Part shown: piece after piece, positions 38,249-47,629 of the stretch
Layout of the letters: each line of letters opens with the position of its first letter
How positions within the stretch are numbered: the first letter of the stretch is position 1
From: a virus
Length of the DNA stretch: 64,000 nt
Virus record (IMG/VR): IMGVR_UViG_2565956892_000004
Strand: one strand, 5' to 3'
Position numbers and translations under genes: made by a program
Notes under the pieces: generated by a model
Seen by the model: only the letters and a program-made list of their open reading frames with translations
Told to the model about the DNA's origin: nothing
Database searches by the model: none

Positions 38249-39451
38249 TTAGAAATTAACTACACGTTCGTCTTTGTTAAGGTAGCTGAAGGTCGGACTT
38301 GCCTGAACGGTCACAACCACGTCATGCTCCTTGTCAGTCAAGGTAAAGACACGCGTTTTAGGGTCAAACTCACACTTGACGTCATTTGGTTTAACAATGC
38401 GGTGATATGGCTCAAGCTCAATAAATTTATCTTCAGCCATAAAGCCGATGCACTGTTTAGCATCGCCGTTTTCGTCTTCCCAAAGTTTGCCATCGTCGGT
38501 TTTTCGGAAACCATTAGGTCGAATCATTAAACGGAACTCAAATGTATCGTCTGTCATCATTCGTTCGATGTAGTCCGCATCAAAGTAAGTGAAGTCAAAT
38601 GAATCCGAAACGTCATAACCTTTGTAGGTTGCTTCTTTTTGAAGGCGAATATCATCATAAGAAATGGTAGGTTTAATATTTAAAAACTTGCCTAGATCGC
38701 GGACTGAAATGTTTTGACCTTCTGATTTATTAATTTCCTTAATTAAGATGGTCAACATATCCATGTTGAACATTGAGAAACGCCCTACGTATTCAAGAAT
38801 TTCGTCGATGCGATCTTTGTTTATTAGTACGTCGTTTGCATATTCGCGAATGGTTGACTCGCTGATGCTGCCAAAGTGTATGTTGTAATAAACACGACCC
38901 GGACGGTTATGGAAGTACTCATAGCGCGAGCTGCGAGAATCCGCATTCATAGTGAGAATGAAAAGTGTGTGCATTGGGTACATGCCATCAAGAAGTGTTA
39001 GCATGTCATTAACTTGTTCTGGCTTGGTGTAAACCTTGTCGAACTCATCAATGAAAACAATTTTTTGTTGGTTAATTTTTTGAAGGAAGCCTTTGTAGTC
39101 ATCACCGACATAGGCTTCACTTTGTAAAATGCAAATACCGCCACTTTTCACAAAATCAACGCATAGCTTTTTAGCTAATAGAGTTTTACCTGTACCCTTA
39201 AAACCTTCAAGCATGATAGTTGTGGGTATTTCTGTGCGCTCATTGAAGGTTTCCATGATGCGGTCTTGATGTTGGTAGGCGTTACCATACGCTTTCGGAA
39301 TTAATGTAAGCGGGTTGGTGATTTGAAGGTAGAAACCGAGCTTGTCATGAAAACATAAGCGGTAAAAACCAGCAGGCAAGCTATCAATAGCGACGCCACT
39401 TACATCTGGAGCTAAGTGATAAGTGTCGTTTTGGCGAAGATATTGTGTCAT
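38249..39451 (-). CDS. AAA+ family ATPase (400 aa)
   Basis: Walker A GFKGTGKTLLAKKL. Walker B IVFIDEFDKV. Additional C-terminal domain of unknown function. Confidence 0.6.
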   Translation of the reverse strand: MTQYLRQNDTYHLAPDVSGVAIDSLPAGFYRLCFHDKLGFYLQITNPLTLIPKAYGNAYQHQDRIMETFNERTEIPTTIMLEGFKGTGKTLLAKKLCVDFVKSGGICILQSEAYVGDDYKGFLQKINQQKIVFIDEFDKVYTKPEQVNDMLTLLDGMYPMHTLFILTMNADSRSSRYEYFHNRPGRVYYNIHFGSISESTIREYANDVLINKDRIDEILEYVGRFSMFNMDMLTILIKEINKSEGQNISVRDLGKFLNIKPTISYDDIRLQKEATYKGYDVSDSFDFTYFDADYIERMMTDDTFEFRLMIRPNGFRKTDDGKLWEDENGDAKQCIGFMAEDKFIELEPYHRIVKPNDVKCEFDPKTRVFTLTDKEHDVVVTVQASPTFSYLNKDERVVNF

Positions 39452-39517
39452 GGTTGCGACTCTCTGTTAAGTTAAATGTATGATAGATAAATAATTTTGG
39501 GGTTAAATGCTGGCGTC

Positions 39518-39925
39518 TCACTTTGCCAGCTTTAATTCCTCGACCACATGTTTGATTTGCTCGCATGCATATTCGCTTTGACCTTCAACCGCATGACGTA
39601 GGTGAGTGAATGCTTCCATTACTTCAGCCATTCGTTTGCGGTTTTCTCCGCGCAAGTGTCCTTGCAGTGCAAAAAGCTCTTCTGAAAGACGTTTCAAATC
39701 GCTCGAATCGATTAAATTTCCTTTGATTTCGCCTAAGTAGCCTTCAATCGCGTCTTTATCGATTACTTCGTCTTCTAAGTCTTCAACCCGCTCAATAAGC
39801 TTTTGTTGAGTTGCGAGGCATAAGCATCCGTTAAGACGAAACTCTTCACGCGGAGTCATTGCAGAATAAATAATATGAGAGTCATTAAAATCACTAAATA
39901 GTGACTGATCTATACATATGTTCAT
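39518..39925 (-). CDS. Hypothetical protein (135 aa)
   Basis: ORF. Palindromic element within 10 nt upstream of the start. Confidence 0.4.
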   Translation of the reverse strand: MNICIDQSLFSDFNDSHIIYSAMTPREEFRLNGCLCLATQQKLIERVEDLEDEVIDKDAIEGYLGEIKGNLIDSSDLKRLSEELFALQGHLRGENRKRMAEVMEAFTHLRHAVEGQSEYACEQIKHVVEELKLAK

Positions 39926-40109
39926 GCGCTTATCTCTTAATACGGTGAGATAAATATATAAAATACATCGCGGATTATAAACAGTCAGTACTGACTGATC
40001 AATTGGAATTGTGATTATTTATAAAAAAATGCGTTTTAAGCGCTTTTAGATAAAAAGGGTGTAATTTATTAACCGTGACGAACAAACGCGATATACGAGA
40101 AAATACGCG

Positions 40110-40139
40110 CATTAAAAAGGGCAATTTAATTGCCCTTTA
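40110..40139 (-). terminator. Intrinsic terminator (AAGGGCAAT-TTA-ATTGCCCTT + UUUUUAAU)
   Basis: 9-bp stem overlapping the stop of the 129-aa gene. Confidence 0.6.
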
Positions 40140-40526
40140 CCATGCATTCTTTGTGTTTGTGACCATTTTCTTTGGCGCTTCGACTTTAGAGGTTGTTATA
40201 GGGTTCTTTCTTTGAACGCCCTCTACATTTAAAAAGTCAAAACTTACGCGCCACTCAAGACCCGGATTGGCACTATCGCTCGTTTCAACTACCGTTGCTG
40301 TTTTGGTGTTTATTTTGGTGATGCGAACTCGTCGATTGACGCCCTTTCGGGAATCAACAAAAGTTGCATATCGCCCAACTTCAATACTGTAATCTATACG
40401 AGATTCTATTTCTTGCTTTACCCCTTCTTGAAGTTGGAAAAGGGCCTCTGTAGATAATTTCTTCAAAACACTTAAATTCATAATTGGCACCCGAATTTGA
40501 GGAAGGCGAACCCTCCTAATCATCAC
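40137..40526 (-). CDS. Hypothetical basic protein (129 aa)
   Basis: ORF. Stop/start 4-nt gap to the upstream gene. Confidence 0.45.
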   Translation of the reverse strand: MMIRRVRLPQIRVPIMNLSVLKKLSTEALFQLQEGVKQEIESRIDYSIEVGRYATFVDSRKGVNRRVRITKINTKTATVVETSDSANPGLEWRVSFDFLNVEGVQRKNPITTSKVEAPKKMVTNTKNAW

Positions 40527-40529
40527 TGA

Positions 40530-41468
40530 TTAAAGCTCTGGAAATAATTCGCTTTTGATCTTCATCAAAAGAAGAGAGTTTGGATTAGGCACTAAGCGAC
40601 CCTGTTCATCTTTCAAGGCAATTTTGAGCATCGGTAACATTTGCATCATCTGACCGCTCTGTGCGCTTGCAGTACCAGGAGAGTAAGGCTTTGCAAGAAG
40701 ATTTGAATACAAGTTACCCGTTTTCTTTGTTGTGATATAACCGTCTTTCAACAAAACGCCAAAAGTACGATGCATAACAACATTTAATTCACCGCCATTC
40801 TTCAACCATGTGAAGAGTTGAACGATTTTTTCAGCAACCTTCTTTTGAGTCGTAATAGACGAACCTGAACCCGGACGCGCATTAAGAATGTTTAACAATT
40901 CTTGCTGTCTAGCTTTTAAAGCTTCTGGATCTTTTTCAAGTAATTCAGCATCTTCAACTTCAAGTAGAAGGTGGTCATAAGCATCGTCGCCTAATCGAGA
41001 CAACAAAACAGCCGATACTTTGCTATTTTGATATGTTGTTCGATAAGTAGACGGTGAAGCTTCGCGCTGATTCTCTTGATTTTTAGCGGCTTCAGTCTCT
41101 TTTTTAGTCTTTTTAGACTTCTTTTCGACCTTCTTCTCTTCAGTGGAAACTTCTGTAACCGCTAAAGATAAGTCGAGTGCGGATGCATCAAAATCAGTAT
41201 CTTCAATCAGACCTTCGAGAGTATCTTGTGGTTCAGTCGCTACTTGTTCAGTTTTAACTTCTGTTTGTGTGGCAACCTCTTCAACTAAAGATGCATCTAA
41301 TTGAAGATCTTCAATGGATAAAGCAGCGTCGTCTATGCTTGCTTCGGTCGCTTGAGCTGTAGAACCTTGACCATCAAGAACATTGATTAAATCAGTTAAA
41401 TCAGTTGTTTCATCAAAAAGCTGTTCAAGAAAAACTTCATCTTGTTGAATGTTTGCTTGAGCTGTCAT
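40530..41468 (-). CDS. Hypothetical protein with highly acidic N-terminal half (about 312 aa)
   Basis: Start set at the ATG preceded by GAGGT. The ORF-track first ATG lies 15 nt upstream. Confidence 0.45.
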   Translation of the reverse strand: MTAQANIQQDEVFLEQLFDETTDLTDLINVLDGQGSTAQATEASIDDAALSIEDLQLDASLVEEVATQTEVKTEQVATEPQDTLEGLIEDTDFDASALDLSLAVTEVSTEEKKVEKKSKKTKKETEAAKNQENQREASPSTYRTTYQNSKVSAVLLSRLGDDAYDHLLLEVEDAELLEKDPEALKARQQELLNILNARPGSGSSITTQKKVAEKIVQLFTWLKNGGELNVVMHRTFGVLLKDGYITTKKTGNLYSNLLAKPYSPGTASAQSGQMMQMLPMLKIALKDEQGRLVPNPNSLLLMKIKSELFPEL

Positions 41469-41586
41469 GTTTACCTCATTCATTGCGTTGTTTCGATGAA
41501 TGAATTATGACTAACCGCCGTTGGACAAAAAATAGATTTTGATGGCGAGCTGCAAAGGTCGCCTTGAGCAAGATTTGGTCAACTTA

Positions 41587-42297
41587 CTAAGCGCAATTCA
41601 ACTCTTCGTTTTTAAGTGGAGCATCATATGAAACGGGCTTAAACGTATTACAGCATTCGTAAATGCTTGTTGAGCCTACTGGATCTGAGATCACTAGCGT
41701 TCCATCTTGACGTTGCATGAAATTACCCGTGTGGAGGTCGGGAAATGCATCGGAATTTTGCTTCAAAAATTTAGCCATTGTTAAAAAACTCATGCTAAGC
41801 GATGGGTGATCTTTTAAATGGTCATCAAACGCCAAATCCATTAAGCAAGTGATATTTCGCTCATGGCGGTCATCAATAAAGCTACAACCATTTAGAATGC
41901 GTAATTTTTTACAAATACGATTCACCAATGAGCGATTAGGCCCCTTAACAGGTAGCTTATGAAGTCGTTCAACCTCATACAAGTACATCGGTACAGGCAT
42001 GGTTTTGGGTTGAGTAATAGCAGTCTTGCTAATGTTTTTGCCAACAATAAATTCACCCACTTTGCCAAAGTCCCGGATAGGCCGAGTGAAATGATTACTC
42101 TCGCGAGATAGAGAGTAGGGGCCAAACAATGACTCATAACCCATAGCGTCAATACTTAGTTTTAAAACCGTATCTGAATTACCGCTTTCGTAGACACCTG
42201 AGAACTGTCCACGCGCAATCAATTTTTTCCCTTTGAGTGCGCTATGAGTGTTTCTAACCGTCTTCACGCTTTGATCGTTTAAAATAAAAATGTTCAT
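41587..42297 (-). CDS. Protein-kinase-like fold phosphotransferase (HipA/APH-type catalytic motif)
   Basis: Gly-rich loop ARGQFSGVYE. Lys in DTVLKLS. Brenner-type catalytic loop PDLHTGNFM (D.H.GN). Metal-binding LVISDPVGST (compare HipA YDLVST). Confidence 0.55.
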   Translation of the reverse strand: MNIFILNDQSVKTVRNTHSALKGKKLIARGQFSGVYESGNSDTVLKLSIDAMGYESLFGPYSLSRESNHFTRPIRDFGKVGEFIVGKNISKTAITQPKTMPVPMYLYEVERLHKLPVKGPNRSLVNRICKKLRILNGCSFIDDRHERNITCLMDLAFDDHLKDHPSLSMSFLTMAKFLKQNSDAFPDLHTGNFMQRQDGTLVISDPVGSTSIYECCNTFKPVSYDAPLKNEELNCA

Positions 42298-42385
42298 ATT
42301 CTCTTAGACTTAACAAATTCAATCTATTAGATACTTTTTTAGTTGGAGACTAAACGCGAGGGGGTTATTTGCCAGTCTGGAAATT

Positions 42386-42643
42386 TCAAAATTGATGATC
42401 TAAATAATCTGCATATGCAACTGATTTTCTACTCTTTTCCATTAATAGCAGAATTATTTTACTACGCAAACTTATTGGAATAGGGCGTTCTTCCGCCATC
42501 CATTGTCTTACTCTGCTTGAGTCCACATCAATCGCGCGAGCCAATTCTGTTTGCCATTGAGTGCCGTAAAGTATCTCACCTGCCTGTTTTAACTCTTCGG
42601 GCGACATGCGAGAGGCTTCAGAATCAAGGTTATCCATGTTCAA
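42386..42643 (-). CDS. Xre/Cro-family HTH protein (85 aa)
   Basis: GTQWQTELARAIDVDSSRVRQWMAEERPIP is a typical Cro/CI-type HTH. AGGA SD 7 nt upstream. Confidence 0.6.
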   Translation of the reverse strand: MNMDNLDSEASRMSPEELKQAGEILYGTQWQTELARAIDVDSSRVRQWMAEERPIPISLRSKIILLLMEKSRKSVAYADYLDHQF

Positions 42644-42825
42644 TCCTATGATTTGTCAGCCGATAAAGAAAAAGCAATTAGATTTTTCCAATTGCCTTTC
42701 CCCCAACTTAACTAAGTTATCTCATCGTTTTCCTATCTTTCGATAGGCTCGAAACAAACAAACAAGATAAAGAGAGTTTTACAACTCATTGGATAAATAT
42801 AACCGCATGAATCGCTAGGGTCAAG

Positions 42826-43101
42826 TTACAATTGGTCAATCAAATATTTGTATCGTTCAAAATTCTCAGTAGAACTTTCAAGGTCTTCGGTTAGGAAAAA
42901 CCAAACTTCGTTAAATATATCCAGCTTCTTTTGAACTTCAGCCTTTATCATATGAGTAGCCATGCCGATTACAAGCAAAACCACCGCGCCTATCCAGAAA
43001 GGCGGGAAAAACAAACAAAGAAACCCAATAATCAAACATCCGTATGAAATGCGCTTAGTGTTTCTAAAGCTCTTTGTTTCGATTGATATGTTTTCTTGCA
43101 C
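42826..43101 (-). CDS. Small membrane protein (91 aa, two TM helices)
   Basis: Hydrophobic segments ISYGCLIIGFLCLFFPPFWIGAVVLLVIGMATHMI. Confidence 0.4.
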   Translation of the reverse strand: MQENISIETKSFRNTKRISYGCLIIGFLCLFFPPFWIGAVVLLVIGMATHMIKAEVQKKLDIFNEVWFFLTEDLESSTENFERYKYLIDQL

Positions 43102-43255
43102 TTCTGATAAGAGGCTTTTAAATTCTTCTTCGCCTACAAGGTGTTTAAATATAATCTTTAAGCGTCATAATCACAGGTTAAATTTCAAGGACTTGGACAT
43201 ATATTACAATGATTCCTTCGTGACTTGAAATTTAACTTGTGGCTATTGGGCCAGA

Positions 43256-43789
43256 TCACACAATCTTATAAAAACCGCGATCTAAGCCTGCAAAGAAACA
43301 CTGCATCATTACATCGACGTCATAGTCGGCTGCGTGAGCTGCATTGGGGTCATAATCAATATTGAGCGCAAAACAAAGTTCGCCCAATTTCGGTGATTTT
43401 CCATCAAAAGTAGCCCATCGACCATTTTCCATCGTACAGAACTGACGAACAGGCGGTAATAAGGATCCAACGCGTCTAAGCTCTGCTTGCGTAAAGGGCA
43501 TATCAAAGTCAATGTTATGAGCAATTACTACGTCAGCTGTGCTTAAAAGGTGATGCACAGTTGGCGCAACTTGTTCCCATTTAGGGCAACCTAAAAGCTG
43601 GCTATAATCAATTCCGTGAACAGCCTGAGCTTTGGGGTCGATCGGTCGTTCTGGATCGATGCGTTGTACGTATTTATCAACGAGCTGTCTTGTGTCTGAG
43701 TCATAAGACAAAATTGCAACTTCAATAATGCGATGACCGTCGGCTTGCTCTAAACCTGTAGTCTCGGTATCAAAACCACGTAAAATCAT
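43256..43789 (-). CDS. DEDDh 3'-5' exonuclease (DnaQ/epsilon-like)
   Basis: Exo I FDTETTGL. Exo II AHNIDFDMPF. Exo III HAADYDVDV. Confidence 0.8.
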   Translation of the reverse strand: MILRGFDTETTGLEQADGHRIIEVAILSYDSDTRQLVDKYVQRIDPERPIDPKAQAVHGIDYSQLLGCPKWEQVAPTVHHLLSTADVVIAHNIDFDMPFTQAELRRVGSLLPPVRQFCTMENGRWATFDGKSPKLGELCFALNIDYDPNAAHAADYDVDVMMQCFFAGLDRGFYKIV

Positions 43790-44061
43790 TCTGAAACGCC
43801 TTCCTCAGTAATCGTATTTTTAGTTGAATAAGGGAAAGTAAACTGCAAAGTGTTGATAACTGCCTTGATAGTGTTTTGAGCTATTCGAATTTCATCTGGA
43901 TTATCAAGCAAAATCTTCTCTTTGCCGGTGTTGAGAATAATATGCTTTGGCTCTTGACCTTCTTCGCTTTGAACAATGCCAGTTAAGCGATTTAAAGTGT
44001 CTTCAAACCAAACTTCGGTTTCCTGAAGCATTTCTAAGTGACTTCTTGCTATATTTTTCAT
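43786..44061 (-). CDS. Hypothetical protein (91 aa)
   Basis: ORF with ATGA overlap to the exonuclease gene. Confidence 0.4.
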   Translation of the reverse strand: MKNIARSHLEMLQETEVWFEDTLNRLTGIVQSEEGQEPKHIILNTGKEKILLDNPDEIRIAQNTIKAVINTLQFTFPYSTKNTITEEGVSE

Positions 44062-44156
44062 TGCATAACCGCCTATTGCTTAATGGTTTATTGATTCAGT
44101 CAGTGATGACTGATCTCTGACTGAATTGTAAAACATCAATACTGGCTTATCAGCTA

Positions 44157-44978
44157 TTACTTAACGTTTACGAGTGGAGTTGCGCTATTTGAAGGGAGTA
44201 AAACAGTGTGAGTGCCTTGTTGAGCAAAGGCTTGTTGTGCTTCAATTTCCATCTTTTTGATTAGCATTGGCGTGAGTGACGCACCAACAATACGGTTGGC
44301 TTCAGCTTCAGCACGAGCTTTGGTTAAAGTAACTTGGGCTTGAGCATCTGCAAGGTGTTGCTCTTCTTTTTTACGTGATATATCAAATTCAATTTGAGCG
44401 GCACGAGTAATTGCTTGTTCCAATTTTTCGTCAGTAACAAGAGCGCGGACAGAAGCACCAGCAATGGTAAATGTATTGGGCATTTCTTTATCTAAAGACT
44501 TCTGTAATGAAGCTACAACATCAGCCGCGATTTCATCACGCTTTAGATGAATTTCGCTGGAATCATATTTTGCCGTTGCTTTGAAAACCGCTTCAAGTGC
44601 ATGGCGTTTAACAAAGCGTTCGCCCACCACTGTGTCGCCGTCTTTATTTGCCCCCAAGTCACCAGCTAGTTTAGAAAGTGTGTCAGCGACTTTATTTGGC
44701 TGAATCATGTAACGAATGTCCATATCGACTTCTTGCATCGATACATTATCTTTCGTCTTCGGGTGAATGTTTTCAAGTGGAACGGTAGTTTCACGGACGC
44801 TAATTACCTTTAGGTCACGAGTGATGGTTTGATACACACCCGGAGCCAATTCGTCCATTTTCATTTTGCCGAAAACCGATTCAACACCTACGTGACCAGT
44901 TTCAACCTTTGAACAACCAGTAAAAGCCATTGTCATGCCGACAGTGAGAGCTATAAGGATTGAGCTTTTTAACTTCAT
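44157..44978 (-). CDS. SPFH/Band-7 (prohibitin-like) lipoprotein
   Basis: Signal peptide with lipobox AFTGC. SPFH-like core with a C-terminal coiled-coil (EEQHLADAQAQVTLTKARAEAEANRI). Confidence 0.6.
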   Translation of the reverse strand: MKLKSSILIALTVGMTMAFTGCSKVETGHVGVESVFGKMKMDELAPGVYQTITRDLKVISVRETTVPLENIHPKTKDNVSMQEVDMDIRYMIQPNKVADTLSKLAGDLGANKDGDTVVGERFVKRHALEAVFKATAKYDSSEIHLKRDEIAADVVASLQKSLDKEMPNTFTIAGASVRALVTDEKLEQAITRAAQIEFDISRKKEEQHLADAQAQVTLTKARAEAEANRIVGASLTPMLIKKMEIEAQQAFAQQGTHTVLLPSNSATPLVNVK

Positions 44979-44979
44979 G

Positions 44980-45162
44980 TTAAGTTCCTATAGTCGCATA
45001 AACGTAAATAGCCAAAAGTACAGTGATAACGACTAAGATTTGCCATCTGTACTTGTTCAAGTGACTAAACGCCAATTTGCGAATTTTTGTGTTAAATGCC
45101 GCTGTCACAAACGCAACAACGACAAGGATGATTAAAAGTGTTTTGAAGAGAATTGAGATCAT
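44980..45162 (-). CDS. Small two-TM membrane protein (60 aa), SPFH partner candidate
   Basis: Hydrophobic. 1-nt gap to the SPFH gene. Confidence 0.4.
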   Translation of the reverse strand: MISILFKTLLIILVVVAFVTAAFNTKIRKLAFSHLNKYRWQILVVITVLLAIYVYATIGT

Positions 45163-45392
45163 TTCTTCTTAGGCTGAGCTTTGCGTTTAACTTTGGATTT
45201 GAGGATGATCTTTTCGATTTCATTCTTGTTAGCAAGAATGAACGATTTAACATCCACATCATCAATGAAAGCAGGCAATTCAGACTCGACATACGCATGG
45301 TTAATACGGAGAGCTTCTTCATGCTTTACATATTCATCGTAAGTGCGGTGAAGTGTGCCGTCAGATGCTTGATGTACCGTAATACGTGGCAT
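45159..45392 (-). CDS. Hypothetical protein (77 aa, Lys-rich C-terminus)
   Basis: ORF in an overlapping operon. Confidence 0.4.
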   Translation of the reverse strand: MPRITVHQASDGTLHRTYDEYVKHEEALRINHAYVESELPAFIDDVDVKSFILANKNEIEKIILKSKVKRKAQPKKK

Positions 45393-45394
45393 TT

Positions 45395-46111
45395 TTAAGC
45401 TCCTGCCTTCAGATCAGTGCCGAAACCACGTTCTTTAAGAAAGTTGGTCACTTCATCACGAAGGGTTTGGGTGCCCATGTCTTCAAAAGTTTGAGTGATT
45501 TGCTTAACAACATCTTCCAAAGCAACACCGCGTTCCTGAAGGGCCATGAAATTCAGAGCGGTCAACTTAATTAACTCTTTGATATATTCAGCTTCCGAGT
45601 ATTTGTTTTCGTCGCCGTTGTTTAAAGCTACGCTTAAACCGCTCAAAACGCCCACGCTTTGTTGCGTGCGAAGTAATAACTCATCAAGATTTGGCACTAC
45701 AAAGCGATGCATTTTTTCGCTCGCTGTATATGCTTGATCTAACGTATTGATGTTTACCGCTTGGATTTTGTTACCACCTGAAGCCACAAAATTTGCATGT
45801 TTTGGAAGTGCTTGATTTGCTCCCGCTGTACTAATTTTGCCTTCAGCTTTTGTTGCTTTGCCTAGAAGACCTAAACTTGAAATTACCCCACTATCTGTAA
45901 TTTGCACTCCAGCTCCACCCACAGGGCCAGCAGCGAGGTTAGCATTCGAAACAAAAAATTGATTTGCAGCTGCTTTAGTTTCAGTTGTCGCGGCTTTATC
46001 AGTAGAAGGATTGAGTTCAGCTGGTCGTAAACCATCTTTGGTCATTTCTAAAACTACCACTTGGCCCATTCCAGATTTTTCAATTTCCTTTGCAAAACAG
46101 TGAAGGCACAT
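45395..46111 (-). CDS. Hypothetical protein (238 aa, Ala/Gly-rich)
   Basis: ORF. Complex bidirectional hairpin plus T-tract and palindromic element upstream. Confidence 0.45.
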   Translation of the reverse strand: MCLHCFAKEIEKSGMGQVVVLEMTKDGLRPAELNPSTDKAATTETKAAANQFFVSNANLAAGPVGGAGVQITDSGVISSLGLLGKATKAEGKISTAGANQALPKHANFVASGGNKIQAVNINTLDQAYTASEKMHRFVVPNLDELLLRTQQSVGVLSGLSVALNNGDENKYSEAEYIKELIKLTALNFMALQERGVALEDVVKQITQTFEDMGTQTLRDEVTNFLKERGFGTDLKAGA

Positions 46112-46195
46112 CTTTTGTATTCCTAAAATTAATTTTGAACTTCATAAAAGCACCGCTAAACGGTTGTAGCGTTCCCTTGTGTGCTTTTATGGCGA

Positions 46196-46218
46196 AAAGT
46201 ATAGTCAGTACTGACTGA
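46196..46218. promoter_or_regulatory. Copy of the conserved intergenic palindromic element (AAGTATAGTCAGTACTGACTGAT)
   Basis: Identical 23-mer also at 53901-53923 and 59347-59369. Core AGTCAGTACTGACT is a perfect 14-bp palindrome. Confidence 0.6.
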
Positions 46219-46263
46219 TTTAATGGCAAATATTTTTCACAAAAACAATTAACCAAACATTAT

Positions 46264-46602
46264 TTAATCAGTTGCGATCGTAATCATCCGCAGAGCAATG
46301 CGCTCAACCTCTCTAAGAGGAAGTGCTTCGGGATTCTCGTGTATGACATTGGTGTTTGACGAAAGGAAAACCCAATCGCCGTCCGTCAAACACTTTGTTT
46401 TACCCGCAAACTCAAGCATCCAAAGATCATTTTGAGCATCGTAATAGAACCCATCGCGAAATTCGCGAAAGTAAAACTTAGCATCATCACTGTTAAAGCT
46501 ATGTTCTGTTAAATATTTAATCGCTTGAGACGCAACTAAACGACTAATTTTTTCTTTTGGTTGGGTCCAATACCAATCAAGCTTCATTGCGGTAGTGTGC
46601 AT
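46264..46602 (-). CDS. Hypothetical protein (112 aa)
   Basis: ORF. Confidence 0.4.
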   Translation of the reverse strand: MHTTAMKLDWYWTQPKEKISRLVASQAIKYLTEHSFNSDDAKFYFREFRDGFYYDAQNDLWMLEFAGKTKCLTDGDWVFLSSNTNVIHENPEALPLREVERIALRMITIATD

Positions 46603-46607
46603 ATTAT

Positions 46608-47090
46608 CTACCAGCTGCTATCCGAAGATGATGAACTGCTACTGTCATACGATGAGCCGCCGTCTGAGCTGTACGATGAAGAACTCCAACTGTCGCTAGA
46701 CGACGAAGAGGAAGAACCACCACTATAATCATGGCTACTATGGCTATGAGAGTGCGTATATGACGGCTCTATGCGGGTAGGGGTGTCTTCACATTGATTA
46801 CGGCGAATATGACTGTCATCGCTTGATTTGCACTCTTTCGAGCTGTCAGAGCTTTCTAGGGCCATGAGTGTTTGATTTAACTGCATAGCGTTTTGCTGTG
46901 CATACAAGGCTTCAGGAGACAGGCCGTTGCTTGTATGGCGTGTTGATGACGCAGGAGCAGTATGCAGACGTTGCGAACGTTTACTTCCGTCACAGTTTGA
47001 ACAAGTCATGTTGCGTTTGAAAAAGAAGGTTTTTGAGCAACCAGCATTAGGGCACTTATGCAGCATTGTCCTCTCCTTCAATAAGAACAA
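46608..47090 (-). CDS. Zn-ribbon protein with poly-Ser/Asp low-complexity C-terminal tail
   Basis: CPNAGC...CSNCDG cysteine pairs. C-terminal SSSSSSDSWSSSSYSSDGGSSYDSSSSSSSDSSW. Confidence 0.45.
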   Translation of the reverse strand: MFLLKERTMLHKCPNAGCSKTFFFKRNMTCSNCDGSKRSQRLHTAPASSTRHTSNGLSPEALYAQQNAMQLNQTLMALESSDSSKECKSSDDSHIRRNQCEDTPTRIEPSYTHSHSHSSHDYSGGSSSSSSSDSWSSSSYSSDGGSSYDSSSSSSSDSSW

Positions 47091-47547
47091 GTTTACCTGT
47101 TGCTTCGTCCATTTTTGCTAAACGGGCAGTGTGCATCCATTCAGACTCTTCGTCATCTAAATCAACATCCCAGCAAACCCACTGTCCATTAAGCTCGATT
47201 GCACGCGTTGTTACATCAAGTTCAGGCGATGTATTTACCGTCGGTATGTAATCGTGTAAATCGCCACATGTACGAATAATTTCGCGAGCAGTTTCAGCCC
47301 GCTCTATTGCGTCTTCATCCTCTCCGCCTTCAATCTCTGCGTAAATGGTGTCATAGATTGAATCTACGTTTGAGGAATTTATTAATGCCAAAATTTCATC
47401 TGGCTCAGCATCTTCTGGCAAGGGAGTGTCTGTGGCGTTTGCTTCATTCAGAAGACGGATTGAAGCTTCGTGAAATTCGTCATAGAGCTGAATCGCTTCT
47501 TCTAAAATTAAAAACTTCACTATTTGTTGTGCTGTATATGCAGTCAT
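47056..47547 (-). CDS. Hypothetical acidic protein (163 aa)
   Basis: ORF. Confidence 0.4.
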   Translation of the reverse strand: MTAYTAQQIVKFLILEEAIQLYDEFHEASIRLLNEANATDTPLPEDAEPDEILALINSSNVDSIYDTIYAEIEGGEDEDAIERAETAREIIRTCGDLHDYIPTVNTSPELDVTTRAIELNGQWVCWDVDLDDEESEWMHTARLAKMDEATGKLVLIEGEDNAA

Positions 47548-47629
47548 ATTTATTCCTTAAATAATCAGTCACTACCGATAAAATAAGTCAGTAGTGACTG
47601 ATTATAAGCATAAATTAAAAATTATGAAA

